Shown: piece by piece, positions 35,767 to 49,022 of the stretch | Layout of the letters: every line of letters starts with the position of its first letter | How positions within the stretch are numbered: position 1 is the first letter of the stretch | NCBI GenBank assembly: GCA_037447605.1 | Contig: CM074811.1 | Location: 3,038,001-3,102,000, forward strand | Source of the DNA: Zygnema circumcarinatum SAG 698-1b | Lineage: Eukaryota > Plantae > Zygnematophyceae | Length of the DNA: 64,000 nt | Reading direction: 5' to 3' | Notes under the pieces: generated by a model | What the model saw: the letters and a program-made list of their open reading frames with translations, nothing else | Database searches by the model: none | What the model was told of the DNA's origin: nothing | Made by a program: the position numbers and the translations under genes

Positions 35767-38700
35767 AGAGGATAATGAACTAGACACGAACATCAAGCGA
35801 CAAGGCTGGTCGCGCGAACAGGTGTGACGTGACAAGTTCTGGTACCGATACGAAACGGAGTATCGGCACGAGCGGACGCGAATCGACATATCAGACGCGG
35901 GCGCGCGCGCGGGCGCGCGAGACGCTAAGTCCCGACTATGGTCGGGCGCGAACGCAAGTGGGCGCGCGGAGTCGTCAAGTTCGGAAACTGTACGGATGNN
36001 NNNNNNNNTGTAGCCGCCCAGATGAGCGCGAGTCTGTCGGCTAGTGAAGCAAAGCACGCAGCATTTGTACATCAAATTTCAGTTAATGAAATTGACTATT
36101 CTGATTATCTGCCATGGCTTATAGACTCAGGAGCTTCTAAACACATGTGCAGCGACAAGTCTCTATTTTCTCACATGCAGACACTGGATGAGTCACGAGC
36201 GGTGACGTCAGCCACGGGAGACCAGATCGCTGTTACACAAGGAGGAGTAGTTCAAATTGGCCACCACGCGGTGAAGGAATAGCTCTCAAAATCGATTGGT
36301 AGCTGCGATTGCACCTAAACTTTAGAAATAACTTTTCGGGTTAGTCGACTGTGTATTTGATATGAGGGGATATTCGTGCAAAATACCCGCAAAATAGTGC
36401 ATAGAAAAACTAAAATCCCGGTGGTCGAGGACCCGGGCTGGGTGGACTTTACTACCTAGATCGAGCCCGTAAACGGGAACTAGTAGCATCCGCCAGCGAA
36501 AGCCGAGGGCAAAGAAGCGCTAATGGGGAGTCTCTGCGGCCGCCCGAGCAGCACGCCTCAACTTCCTCAACTCGGCTAACGGTTCGGGTAAAATCGGGCG
36601 AAAGGGTATTTTAATCGCAATTGCCCCGGGAGCACGCGATAATGGGCGAAGTTCGATCCGCACTCCACACAAGCAGCCACGCTATCTACCAGCCCAAGGA
36701 CAACGAGCGCTATTTTCAAAGAGCTGGCAAAGCCCGACGCAACTTAAATCGAAACTAATTTAGCCACCACAAAATGAAAGGGATTTATACATTCAAATAA
36801 GTAATCGCATTTCGGACAGCTTCATTGATTTAATTTACTCAAGTCCGGGGACAATTTTGGTCGCGCCAACTTACACCGGACGCGACTAATCGAGCAATCT
36901 TCGCGTCGCGGGCGGCGCGCGAAATTTTAATACTCGTGCGAGTAAGGAGCCAAGATTCATCGGGGACTCGAAACTGCATAATACGCTCTCCGACAGCCCG
37001 ACCGCGGCACCGGGTTTACTTGGGCACTGGCCGCGACAAAGGGTCCGAGACCTCTTTACTCGTGAGCCTCGGCCCGAGGTTTTCCCCTCACGACGCTCTC
37101 GAAAATGGGAGAAGTCTGCCCCGACTGCGCGGTAGGCCAGACCCATCGTCACCCCTTCACGACCCACGGCGCAAAGGCATTCCGCGCGACACGGAGGTTG
37201 GAGCTCGTTCACAGCGACATCTGTGGACCGATCACTCCGGAATCGAAGGGAGAGTCAAGGTACTTCATCACATTCCTTGATGACTACTCAAGGAAGATCT
37301 GGGTTGTGCTCCTGACGCACAAGAGCGACGCATTCGACACCTTTCGTACTTGGCAGACAGAGGTAGAAAGGCAGTCCGGCGAGAGGATTCAGAGATTCCG
37401 GACGGATAATGGGGGAGAATATAAATCCCTCCAATTCTCTGAATATCTCAAGTCCCTTGGGATCCGACACGAGTTCACGGCCCCGTACAGCCCACAGAGC
37501 AACGGAGCAGCGGAAAGAGTGAACCGTACCCTCGGCGACATGACACGGTCGATGTTAAGTGAGTCACCCTTCTCTTTAAATTTTTGGGGAGAAGCCATCC
37601 TCACGGCGGCCTATATCCGGAACAGATGTCCCTCCAGCACCCTGAAGGATCACAGGAAAGTACCGGAGGAGATGTGGAGTGGGAGAAAGCCCACAATTCA
37701 GCACTTACGAGTATTCGGCTCGCCGTGCTGGATAGCGATTCCAAAGAGCAAGCAGACGACGAAGTTCAGCCCGAGAGGAGAATTCGGCTACTTCCTTGGC
37801 TACAACGCCGACAGTTTGACTTATCGCATCTAGAATCCGTCCACTGAGAAGGTCCTGACAAGTCGCGACCTTACCGTTGAGGAAACCCGCAAGGAGAAGC
37901 AGCACGCGCGGACTCGAGTGGAGCCGCTCCCAGACTTTGAATTCCTCCCAGTGAGGGATATCCTAGGAGGTGAGGATCTGCCCCCACCAGCGTCCTTCCC
38001 CTTCGACCCAACGGACCAGAACCCACTTCGGCGCTCGGTGTCGCCGCAACGTGGAGAAGAGGCACTTCAGGAGGAAGCACCCGAATCGGCATTCCCGGAG
38101 GAACAGCCCGATGACGATCTGCCCGATAATGACTACGATCAAGACATCACTGAAGATGAAGTGGAGGAGCCTCCTACTCAGCAGGTACAACCCAAGTGGG
38201 TACCGCGGCATGGGATGGACCCACCCCTGTATGCTAACGCGAAGGGGTTTACTGTAGCGAAACGCTACAGTCACCCACGGGAGGTGTACTTAGGGCGCGC
38301 TCCGTCCTAGTACTCTCACCCCGGGCGCGGGCCGAGTGGCCAAGGCGTCGGGGACCACCTAGGACCAGGAAGGGTCCTAGGATCGAACCTTGCGAAGGTT
38401 GCAAGGGTTCGATGCGGCGCGGTATACTGAGACATATATGTATCGCGTCGCCGATGTGGTCGAGGGATCACGGAATCCCGACCACATCTTCCTTACGTTT
38501 TGGAACGTAACCGTCGTCCGTACAATTACGGGTCACCGTTGGTACGGACGAGCTGACAGTCAAACCCCGCGCCGCGCGCGTAGGATCCGACCGTGCACTG
38601 ACGTACGGCGGCGCGCCGCGTCGCGGCGCGCGCCGCGGAATGCGGTGAGNNNNNNNNNNTCGACCGTACGATTACGGGTTACCGTTGGTACGGACGAGCT

Positions 38701-41700
38701 GACAATAGAACCCCGCGCCGCGCGCGTAGGATCCGACCGTGCACTGACGTACGGCGGCGCGCCGCGCTGTGGCGCGTGGATGCGTGGAAGCGTCGCACGC
38801 TGCACACCTCTGACCCATTCGGGTCAGAGAGGGACACGTGGCAGTCTGCAATTGGACAGCGCTGCTTCCTACCCTCCATGCGAGCAGGCGGTCCGACGGG
38901 GGAAGCGTAAAGGGGCGTGGGTGACTGTCGTCACCCAACCAACGTACCGGCATTTGGTTGCACCCCTGACCAGGGCTGCGCCACTCTCTGAAGCTCTCTC
39001 GCTCTTGCTCTCGCCCTCTCGCTGAACTCTGAGTGCTGGTGTGTTATTCCGCGCAGGCTGAAGGAGTTAGATTTCAGCCGTGACATTTGGTATCAGAGCA
39101 GGTTTTCGTTTCTTTTTGGGAAGGAACCTGTTGGTCATGGTGACCACTCGCCGGGCCGGAGGGGACCCGGGGCCTCGGGGCTGCCACTTCACCCTGGGAC
39201 CCTGTCTGGGGACCAGGTGATGGAGGAGAACGCAGACTGCCGGCCGCCCATGGAGGGGCCCAGCTCATCTACGATGGCCCAGGCAATCCCACACCCTTCC
39301 CCTGCACGCCGCCATGTAGACTGTGGAAGTTCTCGCCCTCCCCCCATGGCATGAGGATCGCTCATCACTTGCGGCATGCGTGATCCTAAGGAAAAGGATC
39401 GCAGATTTGGGGAGGGAGGTGACTCAGGTCGTCGCGGACACCAGGGGTTACCCTGGGAGGATGGACGACATGGAGCTCACGGTCCGCCGCCTGGTGGACA
39501 CGCTCCATGGAGTCCCTGGCCCCCAGGCCTCAGATCGAGGAAGGCATGCCCCGAATCCCCCCAGGCTGCAGAGGCAGCAGATGCAGGAGGTCTGGGAAGG
39601 GTCAGCAAACCCTTCCCTGAGCGCTCGCCCGCCACGCCTGAACGGTGCCTAAGGAGCTGCAGCAGTCTGGATCTCCTGAGGTCTTCCATTGAGAGTCAGC
39701 CTCATCAGGCTGTCACCCAGCAAGGGGGGCACCCCCGCCTGGCAGGTGGACCTGCCAGGAGATCCCAGCCCCTTCGGGCCGCCCTCGGAACCTACGAGGA
39801 TGTCCGACGGAATCGGGCCAAGGTGGCCCCTCTTTCCTTTTGGGGCGAACATCCTAACACGGACTGCTCGATTGAGCAGTGGTTGGGTCAAACGAAGGGC
39901 TACCTTCTGACGACCAACTGTCCCCCCCTCCATGGGTAAGCTTTGCTTACCCAGCCCTCAGAGGAGCCGCATACCGTGTGTATGAGGGCCTCTCTGATGA
40001 GATCGGGGACGACTGGGATAAGTTCAGAGATGAACTTATCAAACACTTTGGGGCCTTGGATCCCGGCTTGGAGGCCCGGGATAAGTTTCAGAACATGGTC
40101 CAAACCGGCAGTGTCAAGCAGTTTCTGCGAGACCTGCGACAAGTGGTGCCTCAAATCACCACTCACAAGCCTGGACAGGCTGAGTTCTTTTTCCACTTCA
40201 GGAATGGCTTGAAGCCACACTTGAGGAACAGTGCAAGGTCAATTGGTGTCGCAACTCTGAAACGCGGACCCGTTGCTCCGAGCCCGTACTTTGATGCAGC
40301 CATTTAGTTGACACCGCCCCCGCAGCCATGCAGCCCTTCCCGACCCCAGCAGAGGTCGGGCGACGTGACAGGGTCGTGGAAGGCGGGACCCTCAGCTCCT
40401 GCCAAGATGGCAAGAAAGAACAAGCGGAAGCAGCCGGAAGTGGCTGCCCGCCCACCCACTGCACGGCCGCAGAAGTTGACTCCAGAGGAAATGGAGAAGA
40501 TGCAGCGGGAGAACAAGTGTTTCCGCTGCCGCAAGGAGGGGCACAAGGCCCGGGATTGCCCTCTGAACGCCAAGGACAAGAAGGGCAAGGGGCCGGAAAA
40601 CCCCAACCCACCAGCAGCTTAGGGGTCGTTGCTGGTGGACATGCTAGGTTAGGGGGAGGGATGGAGACTGCTGCCAGGTCTAGGGGACATTTGTTTCTTA
40701 AAACCTCGGACATTCTTAAATTGGTTGGCAGGCCTTTGGGAATGCACGATCTCTTTGTGTTTGATGCACTCCCTGTTTCCATTTCCCTCTCCCCTGCCAC
40801 TGTAGTGACTCCTTCTGGGTTTATGGATGTAGTGATGAATGGTGATTGGCATGTCTTTATCCTCAATGTCATGGGCGATGATGTTCCCATGCAATGTGCC
40901 ATGGATGCTTTGCATGTCATGGGAAACACCTCCCATGTCCTTGGGCTGCATGTGCTGATTCCTCAGCACATGGCAGTTCGCACCTTTCCCAACGCCATTT
41001 GGCGGTTGGTCCAACGGTTGAGGAAAGGGCACAAATTGGTGCAGACGATGGAAGGATCCACCAGTTCGCTGGTCGGGTCACCCTACACTTGTGCTGGGAG
41101 GACGGCCCGTCCTCACCCCTCGACACAGCCGACTCATGTTCCATCTTGCCCATTGTGTCTATTACCTTCACCGGTCAGCCAAATGCTGATTGGTGGAGTG
41201 ACACTTGCCAGATACTGGGGCACATGCTATTGTTAGTTCTCATTCACCCAAAGATTTGGGCTTGATCACAGGTCCCCATTCTTGCTGTCACTTTTGATGG
41301 TCGCCTGGCCCAGTGCTCTGGCATGTCCACACTCAAGATCAGGTCTCAATCCTATCTGCAGTCTGAAGTGTCTTTTGACACAACAAGCCTCTGTACGCAT
41401 GTCACTCAAGTGCTTGGCTTAACCATGGTCAAAGCCTAATCGTGCTTTCCATCCCAGACGGAATCTGCACAGCGGAGAACACATCCCACACTCACCTGCA
41501 GCCCCACATCCACCGCTATCACGCAGGTCGACACACTCCTCATCCGCCCGGCTACTGCAATTGGCCAAAGCAGTTAAGGAGGGTTGCACCTTGTTCATGG
41601 TGCATGTCATGGCAGCCACTGAGGATGTTCATGACGAAGATCAGGAATGGCAGATCACATCTACGGATGTGCTCTCGGCTGTTCCATCCCAGATCCAACC

Positions 41701-44094
41701 TTTGTTGGATGAATTCAAGGATGTCTTCCCTGACGACCTTCCAAGAGGGTTGCCACCATCTAGGGGGGTGGGGCACACAATCCCTCTTGAGCCTGAGCAA
41801 AAGCCGCCTTGGCGGCCGATCTATCGGTTAAGTCCGAAGGAAACCGAGGAAATGCGTAAGCAGTTGACTACTTTACGGGACAAGGGCTGGATAGAGCCCA
41901 GCCAAAGCCCTTTTGGGGCGCCCATCTTGTTTGTTGGCAAGAAAGATGGTCGCCAACAATGTGATTGATCGTGACTCAACAAGATCATGAAGAATCAATT
42001 TGCTTTACCATGTATTCATGATCTGTTGGATTGCTTTCTATGGGTTGCCCAAAGTGTTTACATCACCTGATCTCGCTCAGGGGTATCATTGATATCCGTT
42101 GCCATGGCAGCTTTAGCGTGCTGAAAACGTGCTTTTTCCTATGTCATTTCCAGATAAGGTGTTGCCCTTTGGAATTGACTAATGTCTTGCAGTTTCCAGG
42201 CTGTCATGACGGAGATGTTCATTGGCATGTTGAGTTTGTTTTGTCACCTCGATGATATCCTTGTTCAGCAGACCTGATAGGGAACATCTGAACATGTCCC
42301 TCGAAAGATGTCCCAGACCTTGAGAGACCAGACTCATGCCAAACAAGCAGTGTCATTTCATGCAACGTGAGCCGTCACTTGGGCATATCTGCAGGATTGC
42401 CTTCGGTTGATCTGCCAGGGATCTAGTTGGACAACCTGGTGCCTGACTGCTTGACTGCACCCAATTGAGGTCTTTCTCGGTTTCGCCAATTATTCCCCAA
42501 GTTCATCCAAGGGTTTAGCAATTGGTTACTCCCCCACTAATTTGACATGTTCCGGTGTCCCCTTTACATGGACCCCTGAATGCCAGGATGCATTCGAAGG
42601 TGTGCGCCATGCCCTTGTTACCGCACCCACTCTCCGTTTAGCGGACCCGTCCAAGCCTTATGAAGTGGTTTGTGATGCTTCGGGATTCGCCTTGGGTGCC
42701 GTCTTGTTTCAGGATGGCCAACCTTTGGCATATGAAAGTCGCAAAATGAATCCCGCTGAGCGCAACTATTCTGCAACAGAACAGGAACTGCTTGCAGTGG
42801 TCCACGCCCTGAGGACATGGCGGTGCCATCACAGGGGCTGAAGCCGGCCACGCTGTCACGACCACCGCCCGCCGTCACGTCCCTCAACCCACAGACCCGC
42901 CCAGGCGGGAGCACCGCTGGCTCCAGTCCTCGAAGGTTTGACTGCCAGCTTGGTTCACCGCCCTCAAGGCCTGAATGGGCTAGCACTGACCGAAGGTGGC
43001 AGTTTCAGGACCCCTGCCCTGCACGGTGCGCGCGACTCCGAGTGTTGGTGGACGAGATGACAGAGGTGAGGGCCGGCCATCCGAGTCTCCGCTCCAGGAT
43101 GCTTTGCCCAGATCCCTCTAACGATGGACCGGGCATCCCAACCCTCCTGCCTCTCCCATCACATAGACTATCCAGGAGGGTATACTGGTGATCCTTTGCT
43201 CCCTTGGATGGCCAAGGCATGGCTATAAGGACAAAGTGGTGTCAAGGAGGGACGCATCCCGGTATCACGGTGTGACCTGCGCTCGTGCCCAGGGCCGGGA
43301 TCCACGGGGTTCTTATCCTGAGCTATCTCCACCATCCCTCCGCACCGAGGTCACACTGGAGCGCCAAACCGCGAGCACGCCTCGAGTTCTGCTGGCCCGG
43401 GTATCTCCAGTATGCTAAAGTGCATGTTCCCTCTGCCGTCCAACCTACTATCTCGAAACAAACCCCGCAGCCTAGGACGCCGCCAGCTCATCCCTCACAC
43501 CTCCTTTCGGAAATGCAGCAGTGTGGGTATGGACTTGCTCTATCACAGATCTTCATGTGACACCTCGGGGGCATGATTTTATCTCGCTTTGTCGGTCGCT
43601 TACAAGATGGTGCATTTTGACCCACTATTAAGCAGGCCGGGCCCGACGACATCTACGATGATGTTGACAAAGTGTGGAGCCAACATGGTCTTCAATCACA
43701 ATTGTGTCTGACGTGATCCACGATTCATCGGCCATTTATGGACGGAAGTGCTCAAAATCGTTGGGACCAAGCAGGCGTTGAGTACAGCTTTCCACCCGCA
43801 AACCGATGGCCAGACGGAACGGGTGAACAGGATCCTGGAGGATTACCTCCGGCATTATGTGGGACCCACCCCGGATGGGTGGGATGAACTGCTCCCAGTG
43901 GCTGAATACGCCATCAATAATGCCTACCAGGAGTCCATTGGTACCACCCCTTTCTTCCCTGAACTTTGACCTATCTCTAATCCCCTCACCAAGGGATCAG
44001 CGTCGACCGTGAACATGGGCGTCTAGATAACCCTCGTATCCTTGGAAGCCCAGAGGAACTGATGGGTACCTCTAAACCTCTGGTATCCAGACTC

Positions 44095-46185
44095 TGTTAG
44101 TGTATGAGAAGGCATGTTTTGCTGAGGATTATCGGTGCGTCGTGCGTGTGTTCCTTGGCGCGTGCGGAAGCTGAGAGGCGCGGTACGGAGATTTGGGCCG
44201 GTGGGAGAGGCGCGCGCCTTGGAGTCAGGAAGTGACGAGGCGCGACGCGACGAATTCGGAAGCGATGCGGTCACGGTGGCGCAGTTGATTGCAGATGTGG
44301 GCGCGACGCCAATCGCGCTGCGAATTGAAGCTGATGGTGGTGCCGGTGCCACCTTTGGATTGAACGACTTTGGCATGACGACTGGTCGGCGCCAAATGTT
44401 GGCGCGCCATCCATCATTGTACGGAGCGACGCCACACGTTGTAGGTGTACGATGATGCGGGACAGTCTGATGCGCTTATCACTGCAGCGGGGAGTCAGCA
44501 CCCACGGCCAGCACGTGGATTAGCTTAGAGAGCCAGTCGCATCTGACGAAGGAATGGTACGGCATCTCTGTGAGCGACGAGGATCCGACGGCGCAACAAT
44601 GAGGATCGATAGGCCCCTACGGCGCCAGCTGATGTCTGTGGCTTTGTTGTATGCAAATCACGGATGTTGTGACATCGCACACATAGTGTGTTGTCCTTGT
44701 TTGGTTGTTTATCCTAACTTCTGGAATCATGAGGCCAGCCACTTGAGAACTTGAGAAGCCGCCTGTCGTGTTGCTTAACACCATGGCTTGTGCCTTGAGG
44801 TAGTGGGCTTTTGAGTTCATTGGGCCAGTTGAGAGGGGTCTTTTATTGTGGTGTTAAGATCATTATTAAGGAGTTTTAGAGCCAGAGCTTTTTCCTATCC
44901 TTTTCTCTCTTATTCGCGCTGCACATCTGAGAGGTTCATCTCGTGAGTAAAATGGGCTATGAGTGAATGTGAGAGTTTGGGGAAATGTCATCATTGATTG
45001 CAATCGCGAATTCTCGATGGCAGGTGATGTCAGTGGGAGAGCCGGAGCATGGCAGCGTTCCTCCACCAATAAGTGGTATCAGAGCTCATGGTGACTCGGA
45101 GGACCACGTCAAGTTCAGCATACCGGCGTTCGATGGGCAGGATTACAAAGCGTGGAGATGGAGGTTGGTGCCTTTGCTTGTGGGCAAAGGGTTGCTTGGG
45201 TACGTTGATGGCAGCATCAAGGCGCCGGAGTTACCGGTTGGAGCCTCAGCGGAGCAGCAGTCGGAGCACGACGTGGCGCTCGCACGATGGAAGGCCAAGG
45301 ACAACAAAGCCCTGACGCAGATTGTTATGAGCGTAAGAGGAAGTCCATCCTCTATGCTGTATGATCTGAAAACCTCTCATGCTATGTGGAAGTGTCTAGA
45401 GGAAGATGTATGATGTGAAAGAAAATGAGACTATAGTCAGTCTTTACACACAGCTAGGCAAGATGAAGATGACTTCAGAGAGAAACTAGAAGCTTATATG
45501 GTCAGATTTGATGCATTGATGGAGAGGTTCATAGCCTTAGGGAAACCGTTAGATGCAGACCATAAGATAAGCCAGTTTCTAGGGGGTTTGCCCGGGAGAT
45601 TCGAAGTTTCAGTGGCAGCCTTGAGGACAGTTCTGACCCCAATACCTCTATGACGCTTGAACAAGTTAAGCGTAGGATAAAGGAGGAGGATTCGATTCAG
45701 GATGTCGGCGGCCAAGAAGAGAAGGTGCTCGCGTTGCACACTCGACCGAATCGAAGAGGAGGAGGCGCCCCGAAGTCAGCCCGAGGAGAACGCTCGAATG
45801 TGACATGCTTCACATGTGGCAAGACCGGCCACTACTCCAGCGACTGTTTCAAGAACAAAAGCAGTCCAGAGAAGGGAGGAAGCGCGACTTCATCCGGCAA
45901 GAAGGAGAAGAAGGCGTTCAGCGGCACTTGTTTCAAGTGCAAGAAGAGAGGTCACAAGAGTTCAGACTGCAAGGTAGCAGTTGAGAGCAACCTCATGCTG
46001 GCAGAGAATACTGAGCACGATTTTGTGGGAAGGATTCAGGCAGAGGACCTGAAGCGGCCGTGGCTGATTGACTCCGGCGCTTCCACGCATATGTGCGGAG
46101 ACACATCGATGTTCTCCAAGCTCGACAACTTGGAGAAGGCTCGCTCAGTTCATTCAGCAACCGGTGAAGGAGTCACCGTGACGAG
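44095..46185 (+). mobile_element. Copia family A copy (5' LTR 44095-45071, PBS, gag to protease, frameshifted) inserted into G1 integrase
   Basis: Closely parallels 52157-53660; two zinc knuckles and WLIDSGASTHMC. Confidence 0.88.
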
Positions 46186-49022
46186 TGTTGGTGTGATGGG
46201 GCAGAAGGAGAGACCTAGTGGAAGGATAAAAACAAGCTTTAGTGAAACTCTAAAACTTCTTCCACTTCTACTTAGGCCACATACCGCATCCGCCACAGTA
46301 TGCCTTCTCTTCCTCCCCTCACCAGGTGCGCACAGCGGATTGCGCCACCTACAAGAACACTTCTTCATCACCTCCATGGTCTTGGCTCCTTCAGCTCCAC
46401 GCTCCTNNNNNNNNNNTCCAATAGATGGTCTTCACTTCGCATGTGCAATCGTTGCACATCAGAATCTCCTTGAGCGTAGTTGACACCTTGTCAACAATGT
46501 GGTGGGAACCTTCAACCTCTGAACTCTTCAAAAGTCATCCTCCAAGGTGAACCCGAGAAGTCCCATCTTCTCCTCCCAACTCACATATCCATGAAGACAA
46601 CTTCTCCATATGCCGCTCACCCCCTCATAAACATGAGGTCGTTCATATCTGTCNNNNNNNNNNTCCAATAGATGGTCTTCACTTCGCATGTGCAATCGTT
46701 GCACATCAGAATCTCCTTGAGCGTAGTTGACACCTTGTCAACAATGTGGTGGGAACCTTCAACCTCTGAACTCTTCAAAAGTCATCCTCCAAGGTGAACC
46801 CGAGAAGTCCCATCTTCTCCTCCCAACTCACATATCCATGAAGACAACTTCTCCATATGCCGCTCACCCCCTCATAAACATGAGGTCGTTCATATCTGTC
46901 CCTAGAATCCTTCTCGTGGTACTCTGCCACTTGTTGTAGGCCTCCTCCCAAATGAAGTGCCGCCTTCATCAACAACTTCCTCTTCACGATCCTGGGACCT
47001 CACACTATGATCTCACATGTCCTCCCATGGACATTCTCTCCTCAGCGCCATCTGCCAAGGTCAAATCTGAACACCTTGCCTACCCCCTCTTAAGCTAAAC
47101 AGCCTACCTGTACAAGGCCTGGTCCTCCAAAGCACAACTCTAGCTTCGACATCTCAGCACCCTCCTCTTGTACTCCACCTTTGGGGTCTTAATTCTGCTC
47201 AATTGCTCCATCAATGAGCTGGCAAACCGGATGTTCCTCTTCCCCTATCAGGGTCCTACAAACCCTGCTTGACACTTTCTTCATTGCGTGTCAATTTTCT
47301 TCAAAGAGTGTAATTCTTGCACCTTTCATATGCATCTGAAAACACCTCACTCTAGCTTAGTGACTTTCTAAGGAATACCACGAAGGGAAGTGTACTGCAC
47401 CATCATCATGATGACATCTCCACACTCTGCCCGTCCCTTGATTCCGTTGCCACCAGCCGCGCCTTCAAGCGCTCCTTGCCGCCTCTTGATCTCCATGATC
47501 ACTCGCAGCTCCTCGAACCTTCAAGTTCGTCGCTTCAACTCTTCAAGACTGCTCAGCCGCCTCTATCATAGCATCTTCTTCATATCTCCAACTCCGGAGA
47601 GAAGTCATCTGAAGTCAGCATCACCGGTCCATCGTCTAGCTGCTCCTCCGCTAATGATAAGCACGATTGGGACTATTGGGCTACCCTTGTAGCATCCTCC
47701 TCCAACCANNNNNNNNNNNNNNNNNNNNNNNNNNNNNNNNNNNNNNNNNNNNNNNNNNNNNNNNNNNNNNNNNNNNNNNNNNNNNNNNNNNNNNNNNNNN
47801 NNNNNNNNNNNNNNNNNNNNNNNNNNNNNNNNNNNNNNNNNNNNNNNNNNNNNNNNNNNNNNNNNNNNNNNNNNNNNNNNNNNNNNNNNNNTCTAACTCC
47901 ACCTGCTTGCCTCCATAATAAATTCACCTTTTAAGGAAAATTTCAAACAAACTTTTGTGGCCTAAACGTACTTCACCTTGTCTTCCACGACAACTGTACG
48001 CCACTTCTCCTTCGAGATCCACCAGCTTCCCTTGACTCCACTTGAGATCAGCAACTCGGCTCCACCTTCGAATAGGTCACTATCTTGTTCCCGAGTAAAC
48101 TAGGCGTGCACTCCCAGCAAACTCTTCAAACAAAGATTCCGTCCACGTCTGGACACACTTGAGCCACCATGCCGTCTCCTTGGATCCGAATGATCCCTCC
48201 ACAAGATAAGCCCTGCAAGTCCGTTAGCAATGTGATCTCCACGAGCTCACGGCTCCATAATGTCGACTTGGAGTGGAATCCNNNNNNNNNNACCATCAAC
48301 GTGACTAGGAGTTTGACCATATCTATCCTCTTGAGTACCTTTGAGCCAACCACTAGGCTCCCCCAAAGAACTATTCCTTCAGCTCTTTCTCTAGTCAAGG
48401 ATCTCTCCCTTTGGAACCCATACTCTCAAGGAACTGCATCCCTCACTTCAGTATGCTCCAGGACCCTCACTATCACTTGGCACTCTTCAGGATTTCACCC
48501 ATAAGCTAGGACTGAACCTTAAGCACCAAATGCTCCAAGACTTCAACCATAAGCTCTGATACCACTTGTTGGTGTGAGGGGGCAGAAGGAGAGACCTAGT
48601 GGAAGGATAAAAACAAGCTTTAGTGAAACTCTAAAACTTCTTCCACTTCACCTAGCCAGACTGTGTCCCCAGAGCAATGCCTTCCTCCCTCCCCCCTCAC
48701 CAGGTGCCGCAGCAGCGGGTTGTGTGACCTACAAGAACACTTCTTCATCTCCTCCATGGTCTTGGCTCCTTCAGCTCCACGCTCCTCCAATGGTCTCCAC
48801 GTGTGATGCGACACACCGCCCATACAATGGTTGCCTCCACTCATCCATCACTCCAATCCAACACAAGGACTCACATGTGACAGATGACACAAGTATAAGG
48901 AGAAAGCCCTCGGCCCTAAAACTCCTTAACATTCATAAGTGTAATACAAGCTCTCTTAGGAAATCTACATATAACCTTATGCCCGATTCTCCTCCTTTCA
49001 TGAGCACTACCCTATCCTCTGA
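46186..49022 (-). mobile_element. LTR element family B with a degenerate, gapped interior, inserted into the Copia A copy just after the protease motif
   Basis: Two similar LTR ends at 46186 and 48567. PBS reverse complement gctctgatacca at 48553-48564. The host reads gtgacgag|aggtgg in the intact copy but gtgacgag|tgttgg here. Confidence 0.78.

Noticed and set aside
38520-38780. Internal duplication making the G1 5' LTR longer than the 3' LTR
   Set aside because: It straddles an N gap, so it cannot be distinguished from an assembly artefact.
46418-46899. Tandem ~240-bp duplication inside element B
   Set aside because: The two copies are identical and separated by a 10-N gap, so this is most likely redundant contig overlap.
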